Source: Chiloscyllium plagiosum
Taxonomy: Eukaryota
Length of the DNA stretch: 64,000 nucleotides
Assembly (NCBI RefSeq): GCF_004010195.1
Contig: NC_057718.1
Location: forward strand, 47,367,535 to 47,431,534
Reading direction: 5' to 3'
The notes beneath the pieces are model-generated. The model worked only from the letters and a program-made list of their open reading frames with translations. It was not told the origin of the DNA and did not search any database. The translations under genes and the position numbers were made by a program. Below are positions 25,150 to 38,795 of this stretch, piece after piece (the first letter of the stretch is position 1; every line of letters starts with the position of its first letter).

Positions 25150-25720
25150 CATAAGAACATAATGTAGACCTAGTAGACAAATCAGCCCCTCGAGCCTGAT
25201 CTGCCATTTGATATAATTATAACTGATCTTATCTCAGCCTCAACTCCACTTTCCTGCCTACAACCCTTCAACCCATTACTAATTAAAAAATTGTCTATTC
25301 CCTATCATCTGTGTTTAAATTTGCTACCCTTTACCCTTAAACTATAATCTCTCATTCTAGAGTGCCCCACATACGGAAACATTCTTTCTATGTCTACTTT
25401 GTCAATCCCCTGTTACAGCTTATATACTTCTTTTAGATCTCCCCTGATCCTCCTAAACTCCACAGAATGTAGGCCTAAACTGTTTAACCTTGTTCATAAG
25501 CCAAACCTCTCATCTCTGGAATCAATTTCATGAACCTTCTCTGAACTATCCCCAATACAATTACATCCCTCTTCATGTAAGGGGACCAAAATGCACACAA
25601 TACTCCAGCTATGGTCTCACTGATGCCTTGTACAATTTCAGCAACACTTTCTTACTTGTACATTATATTTCTTTCACAATAAATGCCAAAATTCCATTTG
25701 CCTTCCTTGTTACATCTGTA
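25150..25720 (-). mobile_element. CR1 LINE 3' fragment
   Basis: CATAAGAACATA tail; AAGGGGACCAAAATGCACACAATACTCCAG (LEYCVHFGP on minus strand). Confidence 0.82.
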
Positions 25721-26144
25721 CCTCATTTCAAGTTTGTAAATTAATTTTACAGAATAATGTTTGACTCAGATCTTCCAATAGGAAAATAGTCAGTGCAACA
25801 ACACAGACCAGGAATTGCATATTGGACTATGTGGAAATCTGGACACAGCTGACTCCCCTGGTGTTAACTTGGAAGCTTCTGACAGACCTGGAATCCTCCG
25901 CAAAAAAGTCCCCAACTCTGAGTCTGAGTCAGAGTCAAAGGGCTCTGATTGACTTATCCAGGAAAGTTTACAGGAATTAGAACTGTTCTAACTCCTAGAT
26001 AACTATTAAACTACACTAAACCCTATAGAGACCCAAATCTACCATTCTAGATCCAACCCAAGCCTTCTGCCAGAACCAGCACATCCCACCCTGACCTCAC
26101 CAGACCCAAACCCAGATCCAATATTGCAATTATATTATAATTTT

Positions 26145-26487
26145 GTTCTTTTGTTCATGAGTTGAGGGCATCTCTGGCTAAGTCAGCACTTATTGTCCAA
26201 CCCTAGTTACCCAGGGGGCAGTTAAGGGTCAATTGTATTGCTGTGGATCTGGAGTCACATGTAAGCCAGACCAGGTAAGGATGACAGATTTCCTTCTCTC
26301 AGAGACATTAATGAACTAGATGAGTTTCTAGTACAATTGGAAATGGTTCAATGGTCACCAACAGGCTAGCATTATATTCAAGATTTCTACTGAACTAAAT
26401 TAAAACTTCATCTGGCATGGTGCAATTTGAACCCAAGTCCCTACAACAGTAGCTGAGAGTCTGAATTACCACATCACTGCCTCCTCA
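26145..26487 (-). mobile_element. tRNA-derived SINE family B
   Basis: CTGGAGTCACATGTAAGCCAGACCAGGTAAGGATGACAGATTTCC is the reverse complement of the core at 1895-1935. Confidence 0.82.
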
Positions 26488-26589
26488 AAATATTATGATA
26501 TACAATAGAATATAAATATAAAATAAAATAATTATAGTATTATTCAAAATGATTCCTGGATGGTTTCCCAAATTCTACTCTCTTTAAAG

Positions 26590-27055
26590 CTGAGATCATC
26601 CAAAACTCTCTAGGGCAGGCCTTAACTTGCAAATCTCAATCCCCTATCATCCTCGTGTTTGCTGACTAACATCAGTTCTTGGTAAAGCAAGAAATTGATT
26701 TTAAAATTCTCATCCTTAATTTGAAATCCCTCCAAGACATCACTCCCCTTTCTATCTCTGTAGTCTCCTCCAATTCAACAATCTGCTGACAATCCTGCAG
26801 CCCTATAATTCTGTGCTTTTTGTGCATCCATAGTTTTAATTGTTCCTTGATTAGTGGCTGAGACTTCAGTTGCCTTGGTCTCAAGCTTTGGTCCTCTGTC
26901 CCTATTCTTCTCCACCTCAATACCATGCTTTCCTCCTTTAAAGGTATTGCTTAAGGCCCACCTTTCTGACCAAATATTTAGTCTTCCTTTCATGACTTGG
27001 TATGAAGAATATTGGGATGCTTCATTACTTTCAAGATGCTATATAAATATATGTT
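26590..27055 (+). mobile_element. L2-clade LINE 3' end
   Basis: CCCCTATCATCCTCGTGTTTGCTGAC...TTTTAAAATTCTCATCCTT...CCCTCCA pattern and GCTATATAAAT-type tail. Confidence 0.7.
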
Positions 27056-27367
27056 CTCATTGATTTGTTTATCTGGATCAATCTAGGCTATCCAAATTAG
27101 CAGTCAAATTAAACATGGTGAAATAAACTATTCAGAAGTTGTTTTGCCAAAAGTCTGAACCTGAGGGAATTTGTTCACTCACAATACGAGTAGTTGAGAT
27201 AGATGTTTTGGCAGAGAGAAACATTTGCAAGAGAACATTTAAAAATGCAGTCAATGAGAAAAAAGGCAGAAAACTGCAGGGGAAGTTCTGCTTTGGAGGA
27301 GAGAAAGAATATTCATTTAAGCTCAGGCAACGAATGTTAATTAATTGAATTTGATAAATTATCTGCT

Positions 27368-28460
27368 AAAAATAAAAGCAAAGTACAGCAGATGCTGGGA
27401 ATCTGAAACAAAAATAGAATGTGCCGGAAAAATTCAGACTGGAAACATCTATAGTGAGAAAAACAGAGTGAATGTTTCGAGTCCAGTGACCCTTTGTAAG
27501 AACTAAAAATAGTCAGGAAATGATGGTATTTACACTGTTGATGGGAGTGAGTAAAGTGGTGACCAGAGAGAAAGGGAAGAAGAGAGAAAAGAAAAGGCTA
27601 GGCAAATAAAGGGAGAACTAATGATAAGCTGAGAGACATAAATGTTGGGTCAGATGCTAATAAGTAGTGCAAATGTTTGAAGTTGTAAATAGTTTAGCTG
27701 TGCAAGGAGCAACCCATACAACACAGGACCTAGGGGTGTGGGGGAGTGTAATGAACATAGAGGTAGCTATGCATGCTCTAAAATATTACACTCAATGCGA
27801 AGTCCTACAGCCCGTAAGATACCAAGGCAGAAAAGATGAGACATTGTTTCTTCAGGCTGAGCCTTGCTGGAACATTGCAGCAAGCCTGAGACAGAAATGT
27901 TGACATGGGAATGTGATGATTTGATGCAGTGACAGGTAACTGAAAGATTGGGGCGTTTTCACAGGTGGAGTTTAGGTGATAGGCAAAGTGATCACCCAGT
28001 CTACGTTTCGTCCTCCCAGTGTAGAAGAGACGCAGTGAGTATAGTAAATTATACTGATGGAAGTGCAGGTAAATCGCTGCTTCACCTGGAAGGTATGTCT
28101 CGGGCCTTAGATAGCGAGGAGGGAGGAGGTAAGTGGGTAAGTGTTGCACCTTCTGCAATTGCATGAGAAGGTGCCGTGAGGATGAGAGGTGGTGTTGGGA
28201 ATGTACCAGAATGTTTTGGTGGAAAGGATCTTTATAGAATGCTGACAAGAGAGAGGAGGGGAACATGAGTCTAGTTGTGGTATCTTGCTGGAGGTGGTGG
28301 AAACAACAGCTTTTTACCCTATGGGTACCGAGGCTGGTGGAGTGGAAAGTGAAGACCCAAGGCACAAAGGGTTACTGGACTCTAAATATAAATTCTGCTT
28401 TTCTCTCTACAGGTACAGCCAGACCTCCTGAATTTCTCCAACACTTCCGGTTTTTGTTGT
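27368..28460 (-). mobile_element. Penelope-like element (family B), 5'-truncated, with a 3' repeat and an inverted terminal copy
   Basis: ORF 27805..28365(-) has LFYTGRTKRRLGDHFAYHL (GIY-YIG); terminal repeat ~27370-27505(-) and inverted copy ~28365-28460(+). Confidence 0.85.
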
Positions 28461-28639
28461 TACTAATTTGCCTCACTGCGGTCTAAAGCAGATAAATGAT
28501 GTGAATCGAATCACAACTGATTCAATGCTGTGTTGGTTCACTTTCAGAGGAATGCAAAAAAAATCTGATCTAGATCTTGTGCAGGTTACATTATTACACC
28601 CCCAGGTTTCACTACTGCACAAGTCAACATCAGGGAAGA

Positions 28640-28833
28640 TGTACAAAGTTAAAAATCACACAACACCAGCTTTTGCTATAAATTCTATATCTTACAATCT
28701 TATACTCCACAACCACCTGATGAAGGAGCAGCACTCCGAAAGCTAGTGCTTCCGATTAAACCTGTTGGACTATAACCTGGTGTTGTATGATTTTTAACTT
28801 TGTACACCCCAGTCCAACACTGGCATCTCCAAA
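28640..28833 (+). mobile_element. Penelope terminal repeat (family C) with an intact minimal hammerhead core
   Basis: CAC-CTGATGA-A-GGAG-CAGCA-CTCC-GAAA-GCTA-GTG at 28714-28748; short inverted copy at 28640-28669. Confidence 0.85.
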
Positions 28834-30554
28834 TTGGAGAAGGTGAATTAACACTCATGAAAGTGAAACGCTCAGCTTGCTTATGCGAGTCACTGACCCA
28901 GCTAGACCGAGTCAACCTTTTTCTTTAAAAAAAGTGATTGGTTCAGAATTTCAATTTGCAAGTCAATATTTCCATCAGATTTGGGACATTTCAGTATGGC
29001 TTAACATTAGTTAGGCCTTTTCGGTGTCATACCTGGTCAATAAAAAAATCATTAATATAAATTAGTTCATCAACTTTATGATATAGTTATTCATGGGGAA
29101 CCAAAATCTCAACTTCAAGTTGCTTTTACGTAAGATTTTAGACTTCAGAAGAACAAAACGGGCACAGCTGGAAACAGTTATAAATTGAAGAAACATTTCA
29201 CTAACTTGACATTTGTGGAGATCACAGAGTGGCATGGAGAATTAATATTGGAGGTACCAACAAAGAAATCAGAGACTTCATACAATCCAATTCATGCTAG
29301 TGAAACCTGTGTTTAGCAAACATGGTTAATGTCTCATTGTAACTTCTCCATACAAGGCAGTTCCAGACAGTATCACTGCCCAAAGGTTCCTGAAGCAGGA
29401 AGTGTGTGTGCATGCCATGCTGTTTCACTTCTGGCATTCTGTGAAGAATTCTGTAAAACAAAAACCTTAATTTTAAATAACTGCAATTGAAGGATAGTTC
29501 TACTTGCATTATATTTGGTGCTGGAAACAATCAAAAGCTATCTGATACAGAACAATATAATCATTCGTAGCAGAAGTATTAATCGCATGACTAGCAACGT
29601 GTTAATTATGTGATTGAACAAAAATTGATGACATGCAAGGAAAACGAAAGCTGCCCTGATACTTTCATAACTACAAAACAATCCAAATATAAATCAAAAC
29701 AATTATAGAAATCTTACCTTCTAAAAGACCGTGTTGTGAGACATGAACAAAAAAAATGTCAATGCTGGAAATTGGTAATAAAAACAGAAATGTCTGAAAA
29801 TACCTAACAGGTTGGCCAACACCCAAGAAGAGATGAATCGTGTTAGAGGGCAAAATCTTCTTCGTGCTGCCAGGATGAGCTGGAAAGTAGGATTGGGAAA
29901 GCAGTGAGAAATATTAGCATTGGGTAGGTGGCTGAGCTGTTTCTTTTCCTGGGCGATCTTCCCAAAGGCACACCATCACCATCAGAGGCTAAACACCTCT
30001 CAATAGTAAATAACCAATCTGTCTATTGAGCTGCTCCGAAGGAGAGACATACCAGAATCAAAAGGAGAACTCTGGTCTCCACAGTTGCTGCCAGCCCTGC
30101 TGAATTTCTCTGGAACTTTCCACAGTATGAGTGACTGTCCATTGTGAGCAGATTTGGGAAACTGCCAATGGGCCCAAGCCTCCACTGAAGGCCAATTAGC
30201 CCTGTCAGAGCCACAAACATCAGCAAATTAGAGTTGCTGCTGCCAGCTAATATGTGTAAGTATGTCAAATGTCCTTGCAGTCCCCATCCTGCTGTACCAT
30301 ACCATACTCCTGCCACTGCAGTTGCTGTCTTTCCAAAGGTGTAGGCCTGCCATCTCAGGACCTAACCCCTGTTCCCCATCCTTAATTGGACAACAAACTT
30401 GGATGTGGTGTCTAAATTTGTCATTTCCAGGAAGCTATTCCAGGTGGACATTCATACAGCCAGCATGGAATTGGGACCAGAAATGATTCCAAATTATAAT
30501 CATATCCAAGAAGCCTGATATTTTAGATTGACAACCTTTTGTCCAAACCGTGTT

Positions 30555-31075
30555 GTAATGTTGCCATTGACCACAAACTGGACTGGATCAGCCATATAAA
30601 CACAGTGACTACAAGAGCAGGTCAGAGGTTGGGAATTGTGTGCTTATCTCCTGACCTTTTCAAAGACTTTTCACTATCTAAAAGGCACAAAACATGAGCA
30701 TGATGGGGTACTTTTCACTTGATTGAATCTCTGTGATCCTAATAACATAAAATTTTCACACTGTGCAGGTAAAAGCAGTTCATTTGATCAGCACCTCATC
30801 TACCATGTTAAATATTCACTCCCTTCACCTGTGCCAAACAGTGGAACTAATGAGTACTGCCTGCCAGTTGTACAGCAGCAACTCACTCAGGTTTCTGCAA
30901 CAGCACCTTCAAAATCTAAAAGGCAAAGGCAGTAGAGGCACAGAATCACTGTAACCTGCATCCAAGCCACATGCCCTCCTGCAGTGCTTCAAGAAGGCAG
31001 TTGACCTTCTCAAAAGCAATTAGATATGAACAACAAACATCAGCCTTGCTGGTGACACTCAGCGCCCACAAACAA
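30555..31075 (+). mobile_element. CR1/L2-like LINE family C 3' fragment
   Basis: ACCACAAACTGGACTGGATCAGCCATATAAACACAGTGACTACAAGAGCAGGTCAGAGG matches the reverse complement of ~40.73-40.79 kb; tail GCAATTAGATATG... Confidence 0.78.
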
Positions 31076-31199
31076 ATTTATAAATTATTAAATACTTGCA
31101 TTGGAATAATTATACAGAGTGAAAGCATCACTGCAATATATGTGAAGTGCAGATAGTTGTCCTGCAGGTGATTTGTTTGTCATTGTGCTCATAAACGAT

Positions 31200-31570
31200 G
31201 GCTGTAGCATAGCTGGTGTTCGGATGCTGACTTTCAATGCAGAAACTGCAGATGATTTTGTTCAATGCCCTCAAGCAACTCTGAGATCTTGCCAGCTGGC
31301 AGGCAACAAGGTCACGAATAACTATGGTGATGATGATCGGCATCCAACCTGATAGGAGGACAACTCCTTCCTTTTGGGAGATCCAGTTTGGCTTTAGACC
31401 ATGCGGATTAAATTTAAGAGGTACCAACCTTGCAGAAAAACCTGTTACCCCCAACTGAGGTACGTGATTATTAGAATAAGCCACTCGCACGAAGTTTGTG
31501 CGCTGCCTGCATCAGAAGCAATAAGTGCAAGATTGGACAAGATAGTCCTCTTGGCTGATTTCAATGTTGT
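31200..31570 (+). mobile_element. Possible old RTE-clade LINE endonuclease remnant
   Basis: DKIVLLADFN (GDFN-like) and YVIIR in ORF 31401..31667; motif order looks rearranged. Confidence 0.35.
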
Positions 31571-31671
31571 CCAGTTTTGCACTCTAGATGTGCCGTCACC
31601 CAGCATTGCCATCCCTCACCCTAATGACTACCACCCACAAAGACCAAATGTATGTAACACAATGTAGGTAG

Positions 31672-31970
31672 AAGAGGCAATGACCTAATAGTATTATTGC
31701 TGGACTGTTAGTCCAGAGGCCCACATATGTTCAGAGGGCCTGGGTTTGAATCCTGCCATGGCAGATGGTGGGATGTGAATTCAACAGAAATTTGGAATTA
31801 AGAGTCTACTGATGCCCATGAATCCATTGCCGATTATTGGGAAAAACCTATCTGGTTTAGTCTGTATGTTCTCCAATCCTACAGCAATATGATTGTCTCT
31901 TAACTGCCTTCTGGCCAAATAGGGATGGATGATAAATGCTGCCCAAGCCAGTAAACACATTTTTAAAAAA
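31672..31970 (+). mobile_element. tRNA-derived SINE family B
   Basis: GGACTGTTAGTCCAGAGG..., B-box GGTTTGAATCC, tail AGGGATGGATGATAAATGCTGCCC. Confidence 0.8.
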
Positions 31971-33379
31971 TGACAATGGAGTATGGGAAAGAAAATTGGG
32001 CAGGATAGGAAATAGACTGACAATTTACTAATGATGATTCTAAGCTCCTGTCAAGATTACTTTTATTTCCACAATATTTTGGCTCCTGGATTCCATTCCA
32101 TAAGTTACATCAGGAACAAGTTCCGGAACTTTGATTCACTCCCTTCCTTTGTTCCTGAAGCTAGGTTACAGCACTATGTTGATTGAGTTCTGGTACTTTT
32201 CCCGAATGAACTCCTATATGAGTGCAGGCAAGTGAGTTATAACACATCAGTGAACTGCAGAGGATATACCATAATTGAAGCAGACCCGAACTCAATCAAC
32301 AGCCACACATATAGATTTTCCAGTCATTGATTGCGATCCAACCTTCTCATCATTAACCTGGAATCACTGAGGCCAAGAATATTTGTGCAAATATTGAGCT
32401 AAACCAGGACAATTCAGGACTTAGCCTAGTTTATGTGACTTTGGTATTTACTACTTGTTGAGTCACTGGTGAGCTTGAACTTCATGTTTATTGCTAGAAT
32501 AGACCACAAAAATATATGATTAGACACTAATGCTATGATGGAATGCCCTCCTGTTCAGTTGCCAAAGCTTCAGCAGTCGCCCAGAAAAGCCACACAATTG
32601 GGCTTTCTGCTGATTCGAATATTGCTGCTAGTTATGAGGGAATTATGTAACAATGCTACAAATATTAAATTGAGCATAGGGATCTGAACAAATTCAAGAA
32701 TATGATTTTTGAGGTAAAATATTAAAAGCAATAACTTTTCACTAAGTTTATTAAGAGGAAGCATTTGCCAACCACATTCCCCTCATTTAACAAAAGCAGG
32801 ACATTTCTGAAAATGAGTCACCAAGACAAAATTCATTTGTTTTATTTTAAATAAAATGTATCAAGTCCTTCCAGATGAATCAGTCGATGAGGAGAGGGTG
32901 AATAGTGGTGGGGGTTGGGGAGAGGGGTGGATTATGAATTTTGCAGATGTGGTTTGTGGGCTTTGCTATGTGAAGAGTCCAAAATGATCATTGAAGGAGG
33001 AAAGGGCGGCAGGAGTCCAAAACTCATATTTACCACATCAATACTCCCAGCCTTCATCACTCATAAAGACACTATTAGCAAATGAGACTCACACATGAAA
33101 GATATTTTGGCTAACTGAAAAGATAATTTAAGACTGATACTTCCTAGCAATCAGTTTTTTGATGCCTTTGTTCAACATAGTGTACCATGACTTCTTGAAA
33201 ACACGGCAAAAAGGCTTCCATAGTACAATTAAGAACAGTTATTTGCATGGTAGGTTGTTAACTCTGTTATGAGAGAAGTAAAATTGGCATAGCATTGGGA
33301 GCAAGAATCTCAGTTCTGAACTTTGTGGGAAGGCATTAACTTAATTCAAATCAAAGTATAAATATTCTCAAAACTATTA

Positions 33380-36300
33380 TAGTGTGAAATTAGGCCATTC
33401 AGCCCATCACATCTGCACTTGGTCTCTCAGCATTCTAACTTTAGTGCAAATTTCCTGCATTTTCTAATGCCTTCTTGAATGCCTCAACTGAAGCTGCCTC
33501 TATCATACTTCCAGGTAGTGCATTCCAGACCCTAACTATTTAGAGTCATAAACTCAGAAGAGTACAGCACGGAAACAGACCCTTCGGTCCAATAGAGTCA
33601 TAGAGAGAGAGATGTACAGCGTGGAAACAGACCCTTTGGTCCAACCCATCCATGCCGACCAGATATCCCAACCCAATCTAGTCACCGCCCCGCCAAAGCA
33701 CAACCCACCCAGACCCATTCCCCTGCATTTACCCCTTCACCTAACACTATGGGCAATTTAGCATGGCCAATTTCACCTAACCTGCACATCTTTGTACTGA
33801 ATTTTTATCTGAATTAAACCCAATCTGCCAATTCTCAGCCCATTGGCCCATCTGGTCAAGATCCTATTGTAATCGGAGGTAACCCTCTTCGCTGTTCACT
33901 ATACCTCCAATTTTGGCATCATCTGCAAACTAACTGTACCCCTTATGCTCGCATCCAAATCATTTATGTAAATGGCAAAAAGTAGAGGACCCAGCACCGA
34001 TTCTTGTAGCATCCATGCCTACCAGATCTCCCAACCTAATCTAATCCTATTTGCCAGCACTTGGCCCATATCCCTCTAAACCCTTCCTATTCATATACCA
34101 CCATTCAGACGCTGTGATTGCACCAGCCTCCATCACTTCCTCTGGCAACACATTCCATACATGCACCACCTTCTGCATGAACAAGTTGCTGCTTAGGTCT
34201 CTTATTTCTTTCCCCTCTCACGCTAAACTTATGCCCCCTAGTTCCCCCCAACCCAGGGAAATAACCTTGTCTATTTACCCTATCCATGCCCCTCATGATT
34301 TTATAAACCTCTATAAGGGCACGTCTCAGTCTCTGATGCTCCAGGGAAAACAGCCACAGCCTGTTCAGCCTCTCCTTGTAGCTCAAATCCTCCAATCCTA
34401 GAACATCCTTGTAAATCTTTTCTGAATCCTTTCAAGCTTCACAATATCCTTCCGATAGAAAGGAGACCAGATTTGCATGCAATATTCCAAAAGTAGTCTA
34501 ACTAATGTCCTGTACAGCCGCAGCATGACCTCCCAACTCTTGTTGTGTGATATCATGTTTCCTCACCTCACATTTGCTTCTTTTGAAAAATAATTTAAAA
34601 CTGTGCCCTCTGGCTCTTGGTCTGTTTATATGTGGGAATGGTTTTCCCTGTCCACTCTGTCATGATTTTGAAAACTTCTTTCAAATTTCCTCTTAGGCTT
34701 CTCCTCTCCAAGTTAAAACATTTCAACTTGTCCAATATTTCCTCATAAATGATGTTCTCAAGCTTGGAACCAATCTTATAAGCCTTTTCAGCACTCTGCC
34801 CAATACATTCACACCCTGTCTATAGTGTGTTTCCCAGAAGAGTACCCAATAATATTCCACCTGAGATATAACCGATATCTTATGAAAATTCACAATAAAC
34901 TCACTGCTCCTGTACTCTGTGGCCCTAATTGTGAAGCTTAGAATTCTATTTGCTTTGGTAATAGCTCTCTCCATCTATCCTGTCACCTGTTGTGACTTAT
35001 GTCTTTCTGCAACCAGTTCCCTCTGTTCCTGCACACCCTGTAGAATTACACCCTTAAGTTTATTCTGTCTTCGTTCTTTGTACCAAAGTACATCACCTCA
35101 CATTTCTCCGCATTGAATCTCATTTGCCACCTATCTAATCCACCAACTTGTCAATGCTTTTTTGAAGTTCTACACTGTCTTCCTCACAGTTTACAATTCT
35201 CTCAGGTTTTGTGTCATTTGCAAACCTTGAAAATGTCCCCTGCACACCAAGATCTAAATCATTTAGATATTTCAGGAAAAGTAAGGTTCCCCATTCTGAC
35301 TTCCATGGCAACTCCATTTCCAAACTTCCTCTATCCCAAAAAATACCCATTAAAAATGATTCTCTGCTTCCTATCCCTCAGCTAATATGATGTCCATATT
35401 GATGCTGTCCTTTTGATCCAGGATATAACTTTCCTCATAATCTGTTGTGTAAGACTGTATTGAATGCCTTTTGGAAATCCATGTTTCCTACTTTGACAGC
35501 TTTCCCCTCATTAATCCTTTCCATTACCTCGTGAAAATCTCTAGCAAATTAGTTGAACAGAATTTTTCCCTTAACAAATTCATACTGACCCTTCAACATT
35601 TTTCTATGTGACTATTAATTTGTTTTTGACTAATTGTTTCTAGAAGTTTCCCTACTCTACCACAGCGGTTCAACGGCTGGTCCATACTTACTGGACTCAT
35701 CTCTACAATCTTTTTTGAAATAGGGTGTAACTTTGCAATTCTCCAATCTGCTGGCATCACCACAATGTCTGGGGAAGATTGAAAAATAATTGCCAGTGTG
35801 TCTGCAATTTCCACTCTCACTTTCTTTAATATCCTTGGATGCATCTCATTCAGTTCTAGAGCTGGATAACTTTAAGTACCAACAGCTTATCCAATACGTC
35901 CTCCTTTTCAATTTTAAGTCTTTTGAGTGACTGAGTTTCCTCCTCTATCACTGTGGCCTGGGCAGCCTCGATGTCATGGATAAAGACAGATGTAAAGTAT
36001 TCATTTAACACCTGAACACCTCTAAGTATAAATTCCATTTTTGGTTCTTAATCAGCCCTATTCTTCCTTTTAAAAAACTCTTTTACTGTTGATGCATACT
36101 TAGGACACTTTGAGATTTCCTTTTATGTTAGCTTCCAGTCTTTTTTCATAATCTTTCTTTGCTTCTCATATATACTTCAGTTCCCTTCTGAAACGTTGTA
36201 TTTAGCATTACTCTGTGTTACTACTTGTCAGTTGTTATAAGCACATTTTTTTCTTCTTTAAACTTAATTTCAATTGCCTTTGTCATGCAGGGAAATCTGG

Positions 36301-36410
36301 ATCTGTTTATCCCACTTTCCTATTGTGAGTAAATATACCTTTACAGTGCCCAAACCATTTCCTCTTTGAAAGTAACCCATTATTCAGCTACTGTTTCTCC
36401 TGCCGGGCTT
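33380..36410 (-). mobile_element. Old ~2-kb CR1 LINE carrying a younger ~1-kb composite HER1/HE1 insert (33541-34540)
   Basis: Minus ORFs: MHPRILKKVRVEIADTLAIIFQSS, SRFANDTK, LSYKERLNRLWLFSLEHQRLR. Confidence 0.88.
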
Positions 36411-37679
36411 TTCGCATGTACCTCAAGTTTATCCCAAGCATACAATCATTTCTGAACCGTGACCATATTGTTTCTGTGACCAAATTGAGAGTTTCGAATA
36501 CAAGAACAAACCAATTGTGTCCTTACCCACCTTGTATACATATAAATAAATGGTAAAAATTAGCAGAAATTATCCCCGAGAGGAATTCCTAGCCAACTTT
36601 TGTACTACATTATTCAGAGCCACTGAGACAGTACACCTGCCAAAGGTCATCCACCTCAACACAAAGATGGAAACTTGAATCCTCCTATTCCATGCATCTC
36701 TATAACTTACTGGATAAACTTATTGACCCTACTAGGAAGTCTCAGTATATTTATTAATGTTGCTTATTCTGCGAAAGGAAAAGAATAATTTAATAAACTA
36801 TGGGCAGAATGTTACAGCCACCTCCCCCCCCCCCCCAGCAGGGTTGAAGGCAAGGGCTCATGAAATGCAGCTCTTGGCCTTCCGTTGCCTACCACCTAGC
36901 CTAACCTGCCTCCCACTGGGGAGCCTACCTGCCCTTTGACTACCAAAGCCATTTTATGTGGCCAATTCTGCTCAGGCTGCCTTTTAACCGACTGCCCAAG
37001 CCCAGATAAGTACCCACATCTTTTACTGACAATGTGCTATTGGGCAAAGAGATAGGAAAGGACTTATGTTAGGATTTCTGTATGCCCATTGGAGGCAGTC
37101 TGACTCTATAGACCAGTCAAACCCAGCTCCATGGTACTCACCCTCTTCATTAGGGTTTAACAACCAGACTCGATCAATACGCCATCAATCTACATTTACT
37201 CCTCTACTTTGGTGTCTGGCTGTATTCCCAGCAGTGGCCAGTATTTGAAAATGGCGCCACTGGGGACAAACCTGATAGGCTAACAGTTCTCAAAGGAGAA
37301 TCCTCTTCCCCAGATGTGGATGTGATTTTTGCCCCTTCACTAATTAATGTCTCACTGTGTTAAGTAGCTGTGGGGCAGCTGCTATCAGTGGGGATGTGTT
37401 GTTTGCTCATTCTTCAGTTTTCTACCCTGCTGCCAAAATTATCCTGATCCATGTTACAATGAAATGATTTACAGATTTGTGTTTTATATACTGGGTTTCT
37501 TTCACATTAGTCAGAACTGAGTAATTTATGAAACGTTAGCTGTCAATGTTTGTACAATGATTCAGAATAAACAAGTTTCTGAATCACAACTAGTGTCAAT
37601 ATAGACCAAATAATATGATACCAAAAACAGTTCAAATAATGTGAAACAATAAACCAGACTCTTTAGCTACTAACTTAAT

Positions 37680-38430
37680 AGAATTAAATAAAGTTAACAG
37701 CACATACAGGTCATTCAGCTCAACTGATATATGATAATGTTTGTATTTCACACTCGCTTCCTTCCACCATACTTCATTTCAACCAGTCAGCATAATGTGC
37801 TGTTTCTTTCTTCTTTATGTACGTAACCAACTTCCTCTTAAGTACATTTATGCTGTTCTCTTCAACCAGATCATGTGGCACCATGTTCCATATTCTAATC
37901 TCTCTTTGGCGAAAAAAGTTTTTTTTTTAAAGTTACTTATTTCTCAAGGATTTTAAAGGTTGTGAACGCTCATTTTGGACTCCCCACAAGTGAAAGTGTT
38001 TTCTATCTGTATCCTGTCAAACTCCTTCATAACTTTAAAGACATATTACCACTCAGCATTCTCTATTGCAGACAAAAATCTCCTATCCTCCCTAATCGTT
38101 TGTTAGTTTTCTGGTATCACTCTTGTAAATCTTTATTGCACGTTTTTGCGTGCCTGTATATTCTTTTTAATTGAACAGAGACCTGAATTGTACTAAGTAC
38201 TTTCAAATGTGGTTTAAACGAGGTTCTTTGCATGTTTAACGTTATTTCTCAACTTTTCATTCTTTGTTCATAAGAATTGTATTCCTATGCTTTGTTTACA
38301 TTTTCTTTAGTGTTTTTAATGTCGATTCCAGCTTTAATGATCTGTAAAACTGTGCCTCAAGACCTCTTTGTCCCTATAGTCCATTTAGACTCTTAAGAGG
38401 AAAATATCATTCTTGTAGCACCACTTCATG
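37680..38430 (-). mobile_element. Very old CR1 3' fragment
   Basis: GGTCATTCAGCTCAAC tail-like start; TTTTGGACTCCCCACAAGTGAAA; CTGAATTGTACTAAGTAC. Confidence 0.6.
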
Positions 38431-38795
38431 CAGCGGGTGTGCAGAGGTGTGTTGATTCCCTGGGCGAGTTAGCTCTGTGAGCTGCTACCTCTATGACCTA
38501 TAAAATATTTTACAATGACATCAATGTATACAGTAAGTGGCCTTTGACACTCTTCATCCCCAGGAATAAATGTAATACTGTTTAGTGTCATTTGAAGTAG
38601 CAGTAAATGAACAAACATTGCCTCCTCATTTTGCAAGGAATGATCTCATTTCTCCTACCCGATTGCATCTAAATTGAAAGGTAAACGTTAATAATTGTAA
38701 AATAGTTAGTACGGGGGCAAGGAAACAAAAAGAGGAAGTATATGAAAAACATTGTGATAGAGCAGCATCTAAGCAGGAATGTCTTCTCTGGAATA

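Noticed and set aside
29317..29451. Minus-strand open frame after a good acceptor (TTTTGTTTTACAG)
   Set aside because: No convincing donor and no recognisable protein similarity
36800..37450. Possible MITE-like repeat starting GGGCAGAAT (similar GC-rich blocks at ~10.6-11.1 and ~29.9-30.5 kb)
   Set aside because: Termini too degenerate to define TIRs or a TSD by eye
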